From: Phoronis australis
Taxonomy: Eukaryota; Animalia; Phoronida
Direction of reading: 5' to 3'
Assembly (NCBI GenBank): GCA_002633005.1
Contig: NMRA01000230.1
Span: forward strand, 509,271-573,270
DNA length: 64,000 nt
Positions 1-11,853 of the stretch are shown here, piece by piece (position 1 is the first letter of the stretch; each line of letters begins with the position of its first letter). A model generated the notes under the pieces. That model was not told the DNA's origin. It searched no databases and saw only the letters and a list, made by a program, of their open reading frames with translations. Made by a program: the position numbers and the translations under genes.

Positions 1-187
1 GGCAAAGGGCTATAGCCAAATTCCTGGAAGAGATTATTGTATTAGGTGACTTTGACTAACCTCCCCTGTGTGGTTTCCTATTTCTTGTAGTTATTTCACA
101 TGTATTGTACTGCATAGTGCTGCCTCCTATAGTTAATAAAGACCTATTGACCTCCATATTGTTTTAAGTTAAGTAGCACATTCTACA
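1..187 (+). mobile_element. 3' part of a gypsy-type 5' LTR (truncated by the window edge)
   Basis: AATAAA at 135-140; ends in ...CTACA at 187, immediately followed by a PBS-like sequence and a gag ORF. Confidence 0.6.
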
Positions 188-200
188 TGATGGCAGCGGT
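188..200 (+). promoter_or_regulatory. Primer binding site (tRNA-Leu type) of the LTR retrotransposon
   Basis: TGATGGCAGCGGT, one mismatch from the TGGTGGCAGCGGT complement of a tRNA-Leu 3' end, directly after the LTR-terminal CA. Confidence 0.6.
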
Positions 201-219
201 TTTGTGCAAAAATACGATC

Positions 220-702
220 ATGGCAACTTACCACATCCCATCACCATCACCATTAGTGCTTCAGGGGGATATGGCAGAAAATTGGAAGGAATTTGAATCT
301 TCCTGAAATTATTATATCATTGCCAGAGAACTGCAGCAAAGTCTTACCAAGCCTGATGGCAGTCCCAACCCTGCTGGCCTGTGTGCAGTAATGGGAACAG
401 ATCGCCAAAAAATAACTAACAGTCTCCCAACATTGTCTGAGGTAGGCAAAAGGAATCCTGAGCTCATCCTCAAAGCTCTACGAGGTCATTTTACTCCCCA
501 AAGACATGTATTGTTCGAACGCTGTAAGTTTAACTCTGCCTCCCAAAGCCTCAAAAGTGCTGATGAGTTCGTGACTAGACTCCGTCAACTGGCAGCGTCG
601 TGTGAATTCGAGACCCTACAGGACAGTCTCATCAGAGACCGTCTGGTCATTGCCACTACTGACGAATCAAAAACTAAATTGACAGACATTCGACTAACGT
701 GA
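220..702 (+). pseudogene. Ty3/gypsy gag N-terminal fragment (K02A2.6-like), truncated
   Basis: MATYHIPSPSPLVLQGDMAENWKEFESS*...FERCKFNSASQ...DEFVTRLRQLAASCEF...IRDRLV, the typical gypsy gag motif; in-frame TGA at 304-306; sequence ends at about 700. Confidence 0.85.
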
Positions 703-904
703 CCCATGGGTTCTAGGTACATGTACTCCCCAATAGACTTGAGGCCGCTTGTCGGCCGATTGACGCCGGAGCCAAGTTTTTTTTAATTATCCCTGTAGCA
801 CGTATATATACAGTAACAACTCAAAACTTCCGCCAAAACCGTTAATGTTAACGCTGAGGTAAATCCACAAACAGGTTCTCATACGTAAGATTGAGCGCGG
901 TATG

Positions 905-1480
905 GGTTACCTACGCCTGTGTGACTTTTTGCCAGTTAGAGTATTGCTTTCTGTCGATATTAGGAAGGATTATCCTCTGTGATAAGTCTACGAAGACCCA
1001 TGTTAAAAATTGAATGGCCTACCCTGTGAGTGACATAAGTAACTTAAGTTACCACACTGGTACCATTTGGCAGCTGTTTCAGGAACACTCATTTAAAATC
1101 AACCTACACCACTTTTGATCATATCTTAGGTGGATTTTCTGAAAAATGTACGATTAAAAAATGCCACGCTACCGCGTCAATTTTCAAAAATTGATGGGAA
1201 TATATTAGTATGTTTTCTGAGCCTTAAGAACTTAATCAACAGCTTGATTACTAGTGGCGTGTTATGAGCAGTTATGGTAACGATGATATATAGCATGATG
1301 AAAGTGTTGGAAAACGCGTTATGATTGGAACCAAACATATTTTCTGCCGTTCTCGCACCTGTGCCATTATAACGTCCAAGCAGTAGCCTGGGGCTTTCAT
1401 GGACTGGTGGTCGTTGGCAAGTATGGAGGTATCTTCGATGACGCTATTGTGTAAGCAAGTAGTGACAATGATGTGTGCTG
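905..1480 (-). pseudogene. Decayed discoidin (F5/8 type C)-like exons downstream of the PAN exon
   Basis: Minus strand reads IEDTSILA..., W.*VDFK*VF (1083-1111, cf. WLQVDF), VVT* and SQGRP (1015-1056, cf. VxTQGR) with stops and frameshifts; acceptor-like ttttacag at about 1479 and ttttcag at about 1140. Confidence 0.45.
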
Positions 1481-1997
1481 TAAAACACTGTTAATGCAAT
1501 CTTGTTGATCTATTTGTCGATTCAAGAAAGGAAATTGAAAAAGGCTTTAAGAATAAAGACGACCGCAAGAGCCAGTTAGTACATTAGGCGTTATTTCTAA
1601 AAAGTAAAGAAAAACAGGAAACTATGTCGCAAGCTCGTCGCATACATGGCCATATAAAGTCGTATCCATTGTTCACTGTTTTGCTTTCTTAAAATAAAGA
1701 TAATGAAAAACATTTATCGATAACCAGTTGGCGTGCGCCTAAGGTGCGATATCCATGAAACCTGCATTTTTATGTTCAAAAAAGACGCAACAAATGAAAA
1801 CAATGAAAATGTCCCATAAGCTATAACCATGCAGCCAGTTTACGCCCGTCGCATAGATCTTGCAAATTAAACAATACCTTGCGACCTCCATGCGACGGCA
1901 TTTGGCATGGAATGAGCAAAAGATTATTAATTGCGTATCAAACTTTTTCCTCATGTGTTATTGAAACAGCTGCAGGAGCGATGTTCAAGAAACTCAC

Positions 1998-2331
1998 CGA
2001 TTTCGTACGTATGGTAGCTAGTCCAACCAACAGCCGGAGCTGTTACCATCAGGTAAGGATCTACAGCGCCATTACTGATCACACACGTCTTGTTGGCGAC
2101 ACAGTAGTTCATAAACGTGCATTGGTCAGCATACTCTAACAGACAATGTTGAGAACACAGGGAAAGTCGTCTGGCTTCCAAAATTTTCGTGGAGTTCGTG
2201 CTGGTCACGAAGCGGGCGTTGTCTAGATATCTGGTAAACTCCACACTTTTTTCTGAAGAAACAGAAACAAACGCAACAAGGGCTTGGATATACGCCAGAA
2301 TCCAAATATACAGAGCCCACGAAAGTTTCAT
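1998..2331 (-). CDS. Exon 1 of a secreted PAN/Apple-domain protein
   Basis: ATG at 2331; signal peptide MKLSWALYIWILAYIQALVA; PAN Cys pattern CSQHC...CTFMNY...C...GWTSY; G|gtgagt donor at 1997; TATA-like box upstream. Confidence 0.7.
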
Positions 2332-2386
2332 GTTGTTCTTGAGCCTAAGAGTCACGTTATTAGAGCTTTTTGCTCTTGGACCAATC

Positions 2387-2393
2387 TATATAA
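2387..2393 (-). promoter_or_regulatory. TATA-like box of the PAN gene
   Basis: TTATATA on the minus strand about 60 bp upstream of the ATG. Confidence 0.45.
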
Positions 2394-2512
2394 TCTTTTG
2401 CATTATTGACACCAGCGCGAAATCGATCGCATATTAAAAATTCTTGTAAACGTGTTCCGTCGCAATTGTCTCTTTATCAACAAAGCTTTGAATGACTCTT
2501 AATAATCAACTT

Positions 2513-2864
2513 CCCAGACAGCATCACTACGTTCGGCCGACGGCGCCATTCGTTGGCTCGAGGTTGGTACATGTAGGTCGCGGTCGGTTATCTGACGTTG
2601 GTCCGACGTTGGTCTGTCGTCTACGAGATACTGCATTTAATGCATGTTTTGCAGTTACAACTAAATTCGACACTTGGGATCTTATTTTTTCGAGTCATAG
2701 TGTATAAGTCAACTTATTTGTTCTTCTTTGAGTATTGTTCAGTCTTGACGTCGGACCAACGTTGGCGCAGGGTTGGGCACGTTTGACGTTGCGCCGACGC
2801 GGGTGCGACGCTGTCCAAAAAAACCATATGTGGTGTCCGACGTCGGTCCAACGTCGTGTCGTTG
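2513..2864. mobile_element. Non-autonomous CACTA/EnSpm-type element (CCCAG terminus, subterminal GACGTTGG/CCGACG repeats)
   Basis: Starts CCCAGACAGCA; dense direct and inverted gacgttggtccgacg motifs at both ends; right terminus missing. Confidence 0.55.
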
Positions 2865-3299
2865 TATAAGATTAAATCCATGTAATAGCAGCAAATTGAA
2901 AAATGAAAATTAAAAATCTGTCTATGATTCAGAAAAATACACTGCCGTGCTCATGTAAACATTTCATTCTAGCCGGAGCCCAGCGGGGGCAGGGCGCGGC
3001 CCGCTAATGGGCGTTATTGTTTTCTCTGCGCTCGTGAGGATCAAATAACTGTTAGTCATTGGTTAAACACTCTCTAGTTTTCAAACAGTGTCATCTACAA
3101 AATCGCTACCGTTCAAACCATAAGAGGTTTTTGCGGGAGTGCATGGCTGAGGGCGGTAAGTTAACTTGTCTTCAACAGGTGTCGCTGGCGTAACCGGAAA
3201 CTAAGTTTAAGCGCAGAACCGATAAGGTGACACTGAACAGTTAGGCTACGGCCGTAAAAAATAAAAATTTTGGGGTAGAACGTACTGTAAACACTTGAT

Positions 3300-5865
3300 G
3301 AAACTGTGCTAAACTGCCATCATCATTTGGTCTCCTACTGTCCTTAATGGTTTCGTCACTAAACCAAGACCATCTCTAGTAGGCGGGACAACAGTGTTGG
3401 TCAGGCTCTGTCTGGCGGATGTTGGTGGAAATGCTGTTGGTATTTCATCCAAATCCAACAAGATGCCTATTCAGCTTCAGTGGCTAGGTCGCGTAGAAGC
3501 TAGAGTCTTCTTTCCTGACACGGAGACGCCAAGAAACCTCGCCATGGTAATGACTGAACTGGCCGGAAAACCCCGGCAGCCGACCTTCACAGAAAAACCA
3601 GCATCTCCAGCCGTTAACATGACACACATTCCTCAGGTCTGCATACTTCAAGTTCTTCAGCGGCATGTGCCTCTTCCACCCTACTCTCCCAGGGGATAGT
3701 GAGTTCGATCAGGATGAATTGGTGGGAACTGTCCGAGTAAATGACCAGGTCAGGGCGCTGGGTCGTCTGGACAATGTGCTGTGGGAAGAATGACTGATGA
3801 CCGGCAAGGTCTGCCGACACTCTCTAGTCGTTGGCTGTGTGCAGGATACCTTTTCTGCGCTGGGATCTTCCTTTTACTCGCCTCATCACCACTTCTTATG
3901 AAACTGATGAATTCGATCCGGTGGCTTCTGGGCTTCAATTTGCTCTTGATCTCGTCAACCAACACTCTTTCTTTCAAAAACTCTCAGTCCGGGGCTGTGT
4001 CGGTAAGTGTACCTTCCTGATGCCAAAGACGCGCTGCAAAATGATAGGATGTGCCCTAAAGTACATCTGCGTCCCCACTGAAAACAGTTCGGGTTGTCAG
4101 CAAGGCCCCAAGTAGTAGGGTTGCTGGGAGTAGGCAATACATGAACACCATAAACAGATCTGATGAGGAATTTGAATTTAAGAGGATACATCTTCCACAA
4201 ATCAGCCCACTTAACTTCCCTTTGTAACACTTTGTCTCACTTTGTCCATGCCCCCTGATCAGGCGTACCTTTCTTCGTTCTCTGATGATCTAACCTTCCT
4301 GATTATTCTGTCTCTGCCCGGTCTTCAGATCTTTCCCTTGCTGGCTTACCGGTATTGTAGCTCAGCCCTTGCCTACACTGGCTAGCTGCTCTTACCTGTA
4401 CTGCCTGTGCCTCAGTCAACTCTCTGCTTCGATGATCGCTAAGGCGGTGGACCACTTCCTTCCGGTGCGTGGCTGGATACTGCATCCCCTGATGGCCTGG
4501 TCAGATGTATTTCGCAGAGTGATGCGGGCTCGGACTTTGGTAACTTTGTATTCTTCTACAACAAGGAAACTGGTAGGACAAGTTTTGACGACTTGCAGTA
4601 TAGTCCGACGTTGCTGAATGACTCTGGTAGTCCAAGCCACCTTCGAATGAACCGGCTTGCTGTCCTTTCCATTTCTTCTGCCGAGGATGACGTGACGTCG
4701 TAGACAAGCAGTTGCCACATAAGCTTCGGGAACAAGATGAACTTTATAGCACCAAAGCTTGAACCTTCCGGATATTCCATCTTTGTCGATCTTCTCAATC
4801 CAAAGCTTGAGCTGGGATTACACGTCTTTAACTCGCGATGTGTCTCGTAAGCTGCTGTCATAGTACTTGCCAAGGCATTTAACTGGCTGTTCACTGATTG
4901 TTGGAATTCTGCAACGTGCTATCGAAAACGTCTGTCTCTTGAGCAACATTCCTTTCTTGATGATTAGCGATCTGGACTTCTCTGCCTTGAATGGCATGCG
5001 TGCTCATTTAGGGAGCTGGGTGACGAAGAATTGTCCTGGCTCCCACCGGTGACTCTGTCACTATCGTAATGTCATCAACAAAAGCTTTGCAAGATGGATG
5101 TCTGACTTCATCTAGCTTGCAACCTCTCCGCTCTGGCTGGGCTCTCTTTAGCAAGACATTCATTGCCATAAGAAAAAGGATGAATAAAACAGTGCAGCCT
5201 GTCATAATTCCTTTCTCTAGGTGTTGCCATTTGGTATTGAAGTTGCCAACCGTAAAACGCATCACGCAGGAGCTGTGGTAAGACTTCACTATGCTTTTGA
5301 CTTCCACGGGAATGCGGTACAGGACCATACGCATTTGCCATGTCGAGCCACACCATAGACATGTTCTTCTTGGCCTTCTTTGCTCGTTGTATGAGTTCAC
5401 TAATTGTGGAATTAGGCTCCAGGCATCTAGAAAAACCTGGAACCCCGCCATTCTCTGAAGACGTGTCGATGAAATCAGTTATTCTGCCGGATATAATGGC
5501 CAAGTCGATCTTTCCCTCTACGTTGAGCAGTGAAGGGTAGAAACTGGCCAATCTGCTTCGAATTTCTTCTCTCCGGACGTAGACTCCTTCCTCTCGCCCC
5601 CACTGGGCTGGGACAAGGCCTTTCCTCCAGAGAACCTTAAACAGCTTCCAGAGCAACTTGTGACACTCCTTATAGACCTAGTAGGAAATTCCGCTCGGAC
5701 CAGGAGCTGACCCCGATCGGGCTTTCTTGACGGTGAAGTTAACTTCCGACTTCTTAATGTCCCCCAGATCGAAATCTACATCTGGCAAATCTTCAGCCTC
5801 TATACCTCGAAAGTCGCCAAGTTTCAGGTAGGCATTGCAGGTAGGCTCAGTGAATGTGGTTTGTT
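3300..5865 (-). mobile_element. Degenerate, 5'-truncated non-LTR retrotransposon with restriction-like endonuclease (Hero/NeSL-like, R2 group)
   Basis: Frameshifted RT motifs (SAPGPSGISY, LLNVEGKI, VWLDMANAYG, GIMTGCT, AFVDD), decayed CCHC finger (CFQW..CTLGHILSFC) and RLE motif RPDLVIYS...ILIELTIPWE. Confidence 0.92.
3310..3392 (-). ncRNA. Permuted/pseudoknotted hammerhead-ribozyme-like structure in the retrotransposon 3' UTR (core mutated)
   Basis: AUGGUC pairs with CGAA-ACCAU (stem III); UUGGUUU pairs with AGACCAA followed by aUGAUGA (stem I plus core); two extra 5-bp helices. Confidence 0.5.
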
Positions 5866-6288
5866 TGTGTTTGTGATCATGCTGAAAATAAAAAAGCCAC
5901 ATGCTCGACTGTAGCTGCACTCTTATTCAAGATGGTGGCCCCCTGTTGAATTTGTGCATTGCTGTGTAGCAACTGAGAAATTGGTCGCGATTTCAGGTAG
6001 CCCTCAAACAAGCCAGATTTGCAAAATAATAGTTGGTTGACAGGACCACATTTTTGGAATCGGTAGGAAATTTGCTTTCGGAAAATAATGTTGGTGTCAG
6101 AATAAATATTGATTAAGTAAGTAGTAAGAATAGATCCATTTTAAGTTGCCCAAAATTTGTGACTATGTACTTATAAACCATGGTATCAAACTTGTCGACA
6201 TGTACAAAATCTATTTTAAGTGGTGTTTACAACTTTGGGTTCTGGGGTCAAAGTACTCTAGAGATTCTTGAAAATTCTGAGAACAAAC

Positions 6289-6951
6289 TGTAACAGCCAA
6301 TAGTATGATCGGATATGATCACGTGGTTTTTATTAACCAATCACTAAATAAGTAGCATATTATAATGTGGGTTTAAGTAAAAAAGAAATTCAGATGAGCT
6401 ATAATACTTGAAGCATAAAGACTTGCAACAGTGTACCGAAGAAATTGTACGACAGAGAGCCATCTCGTAGAATATATTCTAGAAAGGGTCTTGGCAAGGG
6501 TAAGAGTTAACGAACAGGAAGTTAACTAAGAGCTTGTCACTTGCATTGTGGGTAGTAAGATACTACCTGAAGTGTTGCGTCACCAGCCAGAGACTGTAAC
6601 CAGCACGAAGAATCGCGGGTAGAAGAAATTGCCTGCAAGTGTTGCTTCACCAGAGACGGTGACCAGCAAGTACACTGTCGCAATACAGTTTGTGTATTTC
6701 GAAGATTCACCAACAGGACAGTCACCCAACAAGTGGAGAGTCACAGCTTTGATAGCAGATAAGACATTTGATTATTTTGGTTGATTGATTGAAGTAATCT
6801 TTAAAGAGGGCGCTAGCGTACATGTAGTTACTCTTCTTTGTAGTTGATTACTTAATTAACAACAGGTTCCACGTGTCTAATTAGAGCTTATCATATGATA
6901 AATTAATTACTGGATTTGATTATTCACTTTACATCTACGCACAATCTGACA
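6289..6951 (+). mobile_element. 5' LTR of a gypsy element
   Basis: TGTAAC...TGACA termini, CCAAT and TATAA motifs, followed by a PBS and gag; the left boundary is inferred. Confidence 0.6.
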
Positions 6952-6953
6952 TT

Positions 6954-6968
6954 TGGGGGGCAGCCCGG
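6954..6968 (+). promoter_or_regulatory. PBS (tRNA-Pro-like)
   Basis: TGGGGGGCAGCCCGG resembles the TGGGGGCTCGTCCGG complement of tRNA-Pro; 2 nt after the LTR CA. Confidence 0.5.
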
Positions 6969-7086
6969 TAGAGTTTAAATAAAGGTTTACGTGATTGTGT
7001 TGTACATGTATTGTTTTGAATCCAGTAATCACTGTATGAATATTAAATAATAAAGTGCATTCTGGGAATAAAACCCTTCCTCTAAA

Positions 7087-8580
7087 ATGGATTTTGAAAA
7101 ACCTATTGCGCAAGCGCAACAATTCGGTTATACGGGTGAAGAGTTCAGGATGTGCGCAGAGGAGCTCTTGCGGCAGGCCTTGGAGCGTGAAGAGCGTGTC
7201 CATAAACAAGAACTGGAAAAGGCAGAGCTTGCACGAGAACAAGCACAGCGTGCTCATCATCGATAGCTAGAGGAAGCCGAGTATGAACATAAGCTCGAGC
7301 AAGAACGAGCATAGCGGGCCCAAGCGATTGAAATTGAGAAGCAGAAGACACTGCAACTCCAGATTGAGCTCAAAGCGACACCTAGGGGTGGGGTTTCAAG
7401 CAGTGGTGTACGTACCAGCCATCCCAAACTGCTAAGGTTCGATTAACGCGTCGACGACATGGATGCTTTCCTAGCACGATTTGAGACTTTCGCCACAAGC
7501 CAGAAGTGAGATAAATCGGAGTGGGCTCTAGACTTCAGTCCATTGTTGACAGGTAAAGGCCTACAGATGTTAAACAGCATGCCGTCCGACCAACTTACCA
7601 ACTATGACCAACTAAAGGTTGCGCTGCTGCATAGGTATGAACTAACTGAAGACGGGTTCCGACGGAAGTTAAGAGAGTCCAAGCCTGAAAAGTGTGTAAA
7701 CGTGTTACAATTCGGGGGAAGATTAAAAAGGTTCTTTGACCGATGGACACAAGTGGCGGAAGTCGAGGCGAATTGTGATGTACTAAGAGACTTACTGATC
7801 CGAGAGCAGTTTCTGGGAGTGTGCCATCCTGAGATGTCTGTATTCCTGAGGGAAAGGAAACCTAAGACCTTCGACGAGAAGTTGGCCACTGCTCAACAGT
7901 ACATGGACGCCCACTGTACTGGTTGGTTGGACAAAGGGTTTGCAAAGAAATACTTGGGGTAGGTAGAGAGAAAAACCTATTAAGCCTTTGGCGGTGATTC
8001 CATCCGGAGTGGAAAGTCTTGACGTCACTAAATTGAAGGACGAGCAACAACATGACCCTTCCCTACGTAAGCTCATGGAACGTGTTGAGAAAGACAAACC
8101 AGCAAGAACACGTGGTAGAGGTCAATACTGGTATGAGAAGCAGAAGATGGTCCTGTACCGAGTGTATGCTGATAACACCAAAGCATTGCGTCAAATAGTT
8201 GTCCCTGTCAAATATCGATAACAGGTTATGACGCTAGCTCACGAGTCAATCGTTGGTGGGCACCTTGGTGCGAAGAAGACCAGTGATAGAATAGCCAGTA
8301 GCTTTTATTTGCCAGGAGTTGGCAGTGACATAAATCGTTTCTGCAGATCGTCTGACATCTGCCAGCGAACAACACCTAAGGGCAGGATCTCTAAAGTGCC
8401 ATTGGGTGAGATGCCGCTTATGGAAGAACCGTTCCAGCGTACATGTATAGCTGTTGATTTTTTTGGTCTTGTGTCGCTGTGTCGCCAATCACGGACAGAG
8501 ACAACCGGTACATTCTCACCATCGTAGACTATGCCAAAAGATACCCAGAGGCAGTTCCTCTATCCAGAATAGAAGCTGAG
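7087..8580 (+). pseudogene. Gmr1-like gypsy gag (SCAN-like) and integrase fragment, internally deleted
   Basis: MDFEK..GYTGEE start; LTGKG...YDQLKVALLHRYELTEDGFRRKLR...LRDLLIREQFL; integrase HHCC (HESIVGGHLG...CRSSDICQR) and start of the core (NRYILTIVDYAKRYPEAVPL); stops and frameshifts; no RT seen. Confidence 0.9.
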
Positions 8581-9949
8581 CTGATCATAACAGTTTCGTC
8601 CACGCCAAAAACATGTCTGCTACTTAGTGCTTGTCTGGCTCTCAAAATCAGGGAGCAATAATTTCTAAATTCAATTAATCTACTGCCAGTAGCCAGATTG
8701 TAATGTGCAATGAAACTGAGATGCCGGATATCATGCCATGCCTCGCTGGTTCCCTGCGTGCCGCTAGGTGGTAGCCAACATGCAGGTATCACTTAATTTT
8801 CCTCGAGAATTTTTTTTACACCTGCGATGTGCTGGTCGAATTCTCAACAGGCAGTACTTTACGCAATCAAAATGGCATGACTGATGGAGGGAGTGGTGGT
8901 CTGTTTAACAGACAAATCGGTGCTTAAAATTTATGTACTCGAAATGTGAATCCCAGAAATTGTGGTTGCGCCTTTTCGAAGTGCATCTTTCTATTGTGTA
9001 TGACTTTTTTACGATACTACCCTGTATTCAAACTATATGAATAACACTCCGCGGTTAAATCGACCAGATATGTGTTTATTGTACATGTACATGTATGTGC
9101 TTGAAGCACGCGGCTATTAAACATTACTGCAGAAACGAAATAGGTGCTGATACGCCACTTGCGTGACAAAGCTAAAAATCGTCCATAGCCCGCCATTTTC
9201 TCATGTTGTTGTAAAGCTAACGATTGACAGCCGAGGTAACCAACAGGGCTCGACATAACGAGCTGCAGGTCGCATTTGCGGCCTGAAATTTGGAAATGCG
9301 AGCTGGGATTTTTGTCAGCTCGGATCTAGTCGCAAAATGCCACCTGGAATTTCCAACGTTTGCGAGCTGAGTTTTTACATTTCTCGGCAGATACCTGGAA
9401 AATATAAAGCGACTCTTAACTAATCCCACCGTTATATGGTTGTTGCCAAATCCAAATTCAAGAGAACACTATCCGAAATCAGCCCTCCCGGTGACTTGTA
9501 AGCAAGTCGCGTGATCATGGGATTTGCAGTATCGATGTTTGACGCGTTTTATTGGCTAACATTTTGGCCACTTTTGAAAATTTCCGGATTTGCCGAAGAA
9601 AGTTTCGAGCCCCTGCATATCACGTGATAAAACGTCACAAAGCAGCTGCGGTGTTTCTACTAATTCTTAAGCGATCAATTTTCCAAAGTTTGTGGTGGAC
9701 AAATATGTTTATTTTTCGAGTAAGATGTCCTTGTTACATGCACCATATATCCACGACTATATCCCTGATATCGCACTGCGGCACTGGTCGGTCCCTTTGT
9801 TTGCGCAAGCGGTTCCGGAACACAATCGTGACTTAGAGATGTGCGTCTCGTTTTATATCTCATAAGACGGCCAGAGTGAAAATGACAACCCTATTAATTG
9901 CCAAACGAAGGCCACGTCTTTACTTTCAATTGCCAAAAAATTCTCAAAC

Positions 9950-10255
9950 CAGTGGCGGATTTAGGGGGGAGGGCGGGCCAAGGGGGCCATGCTCCCCAAT
10001 TTCCCAGAAACTCTTGGGAGTCCGGGGTGCGAATTCCTGAGCAGCAAATGCGCGCACCCACGGGATTCAGGGTGCGATTGCATAATGCATAGGCCTTGAA
10101 CATACCCCGTTTACCATTTTTTAGTAACAAGGTCCACAAACCCAAAAATTCGAGACCCCTGTAAGCTTACAATTTAGGCTGGGCGGGCTCGTGTGGCGAA
10201 ATTCTGGTTATCCCTGTGCCCTGCCCCCTCACTCAAAATCCTGGATCCGCCTCTG
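9950..10255. mobile_element. hAT-like MITE
   Basis: TIR CAGTGGCGGAT...ATCCGCCTCTG, flanked by the direct repeat TCAAAC. Confidence 0.75.
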
Positions 10256-11690
10256 TCAAACCCCATTACTTGGTTCAGGGGCTACGTGGGCGGAATATGA
10301 TTTCTCTTTTACAAGTTGTTGCCAATGTAAAGTGTAGGCCTACTCCAGCGATTCAAGTGCGTGAACTCACACGCGCGCACCACTTCAAAGCTGCACATCA
10401 AAAGAGAACAACGACAGTCCTAAATGAAAGAGTATACCGGCTTGGCTCCGTTAAGCACCCGGTTACGTGCCAGTGGTTTATCTGAAAATGAACTCAAAGA
10501 TTCCCGGCGGTTATAAAAGACCCGATGCTTTANCAAACTTATTTCGACTGGCTAAAAAGGGTACAATGTAGGTGGTAACGATATCCAGAAAGTCGCCCCT
10601 ACTAGATGGAGTTTGTCTCGCAAAATCGTATTATAACATTTCTTGCCATTGCAGTCTTTTAATATCGTATTACCACAAACACTCAGGTTAACGGCTATGC
10701 TCACCCACAAGCCTACTCCCTACCTTCGTAGTGTTTTTTTAATAAGCGCTCACTGATCTACTATAAACGTCCTCCCTCAACTTTTGAGAATTTCCAATTA
10801 AGCGCCCACATTTCAGGCTAGCGCCCATCATAGCGCAATACAAACGACCGCTTGTGATTTAAAATTGACACGCAGCCTACATGTAAAACGTGTGTCACTC
10901 TCATTTTACACAACAAATTCAATTTTCAAAAACCGTCTTTTCTCAATATTTAAAAAACCAAATCCCGGCTTTGTTTCATACTTCGAAAGAAAGTTAACAC
11001 CAGTGACATGCGTGTCGTTTTGTGGCTAATCTATTTTCCTGTACTTGGAAGGTACTGAGAAGGAAACTCGAATTACTCGATGGAAACCCACAAAGAGTCG
11101 GAAATTATTTCGAGGCTATTCATTTTATGGAAAACTAATTGTTAAGTACGTAAACAGCATAAGTACCACATTTTTCTCAAAAGCATGCGCACTGAATTGT
11201 TCCCGCCAATCCAAATACGTCATTCGGTTAAGGCATCGTTTCACGGATTTTTTTCGACTGATGTTTTTCAAACGTCAAGTTAAGTTGCAGATCGATCGTT
11301 TCGAATGACTACAGCTTGACTTTCGATCGGGATTAGAATGAACCAGATTGAAGATCGTTTGTGTCACACACTGGTGAGATTGCATTACAAACTTCGACTG
11401 AGTTCCAGGACATCTATGACTATGTAATGGCGTACACATTACTCCTTTCTTTAGCCTACTTACTAATATGGTGTATACTAGAGGTGCAGTGTTCAAGAAG
11501 ATTGAAATATAAGCTCACGTGAGACAGCTAAGTGTGGTTAGATATTGGGATACAGAATCTAATGCCCTTTGTCGACCTACTGGTACTCCGGCGGAGTTAC
11601 CTGCTTACTGTTACTGTGTGTCTTTATGACAGTCCCCTGTTCTATTGACAGTGTAACAATTTTTTTAAGTCGTTGACACTGTATAGGGAT

Positions 11691-11853
11691 CAGCCTCCCG
11701 TTCAGTAACGATAGAACCTCGCTAAAACGCAAGACTTCGCGAGATTACGCGAGATATTGCCGTGTATTTCAACTGACAACACGTGACTTTGAATAGATTT
11801 TAGCTATGTCCTATCGTACATGTAGATCCTAGCGTTACTGAACGCACGCCAGG
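11691..11853 (+). mobile_element. About 165-bp MITE, family A copy 1
   Basis: Subterminal inverted repeat cgttcagtaacg(c)tag / ctagcgttactgaacg; near-identical copies at 16405 and 23081. Confidence 0.8.

Noticed and set aside
2513-2864. CRISPR-like short repeat array (also 15020-15278 and 41770-41845)
   Set aside because: Irregular spacing and orientation, eukaryotic context, no cas genes; transposon subterminal repeats or minisatellite
6092-6102. TGGTGTCAGAA, resembling a tRNA-Leu PBS
   Set aside because: No LTR end (CA) before it and no gag after it; at most a tiny remnant
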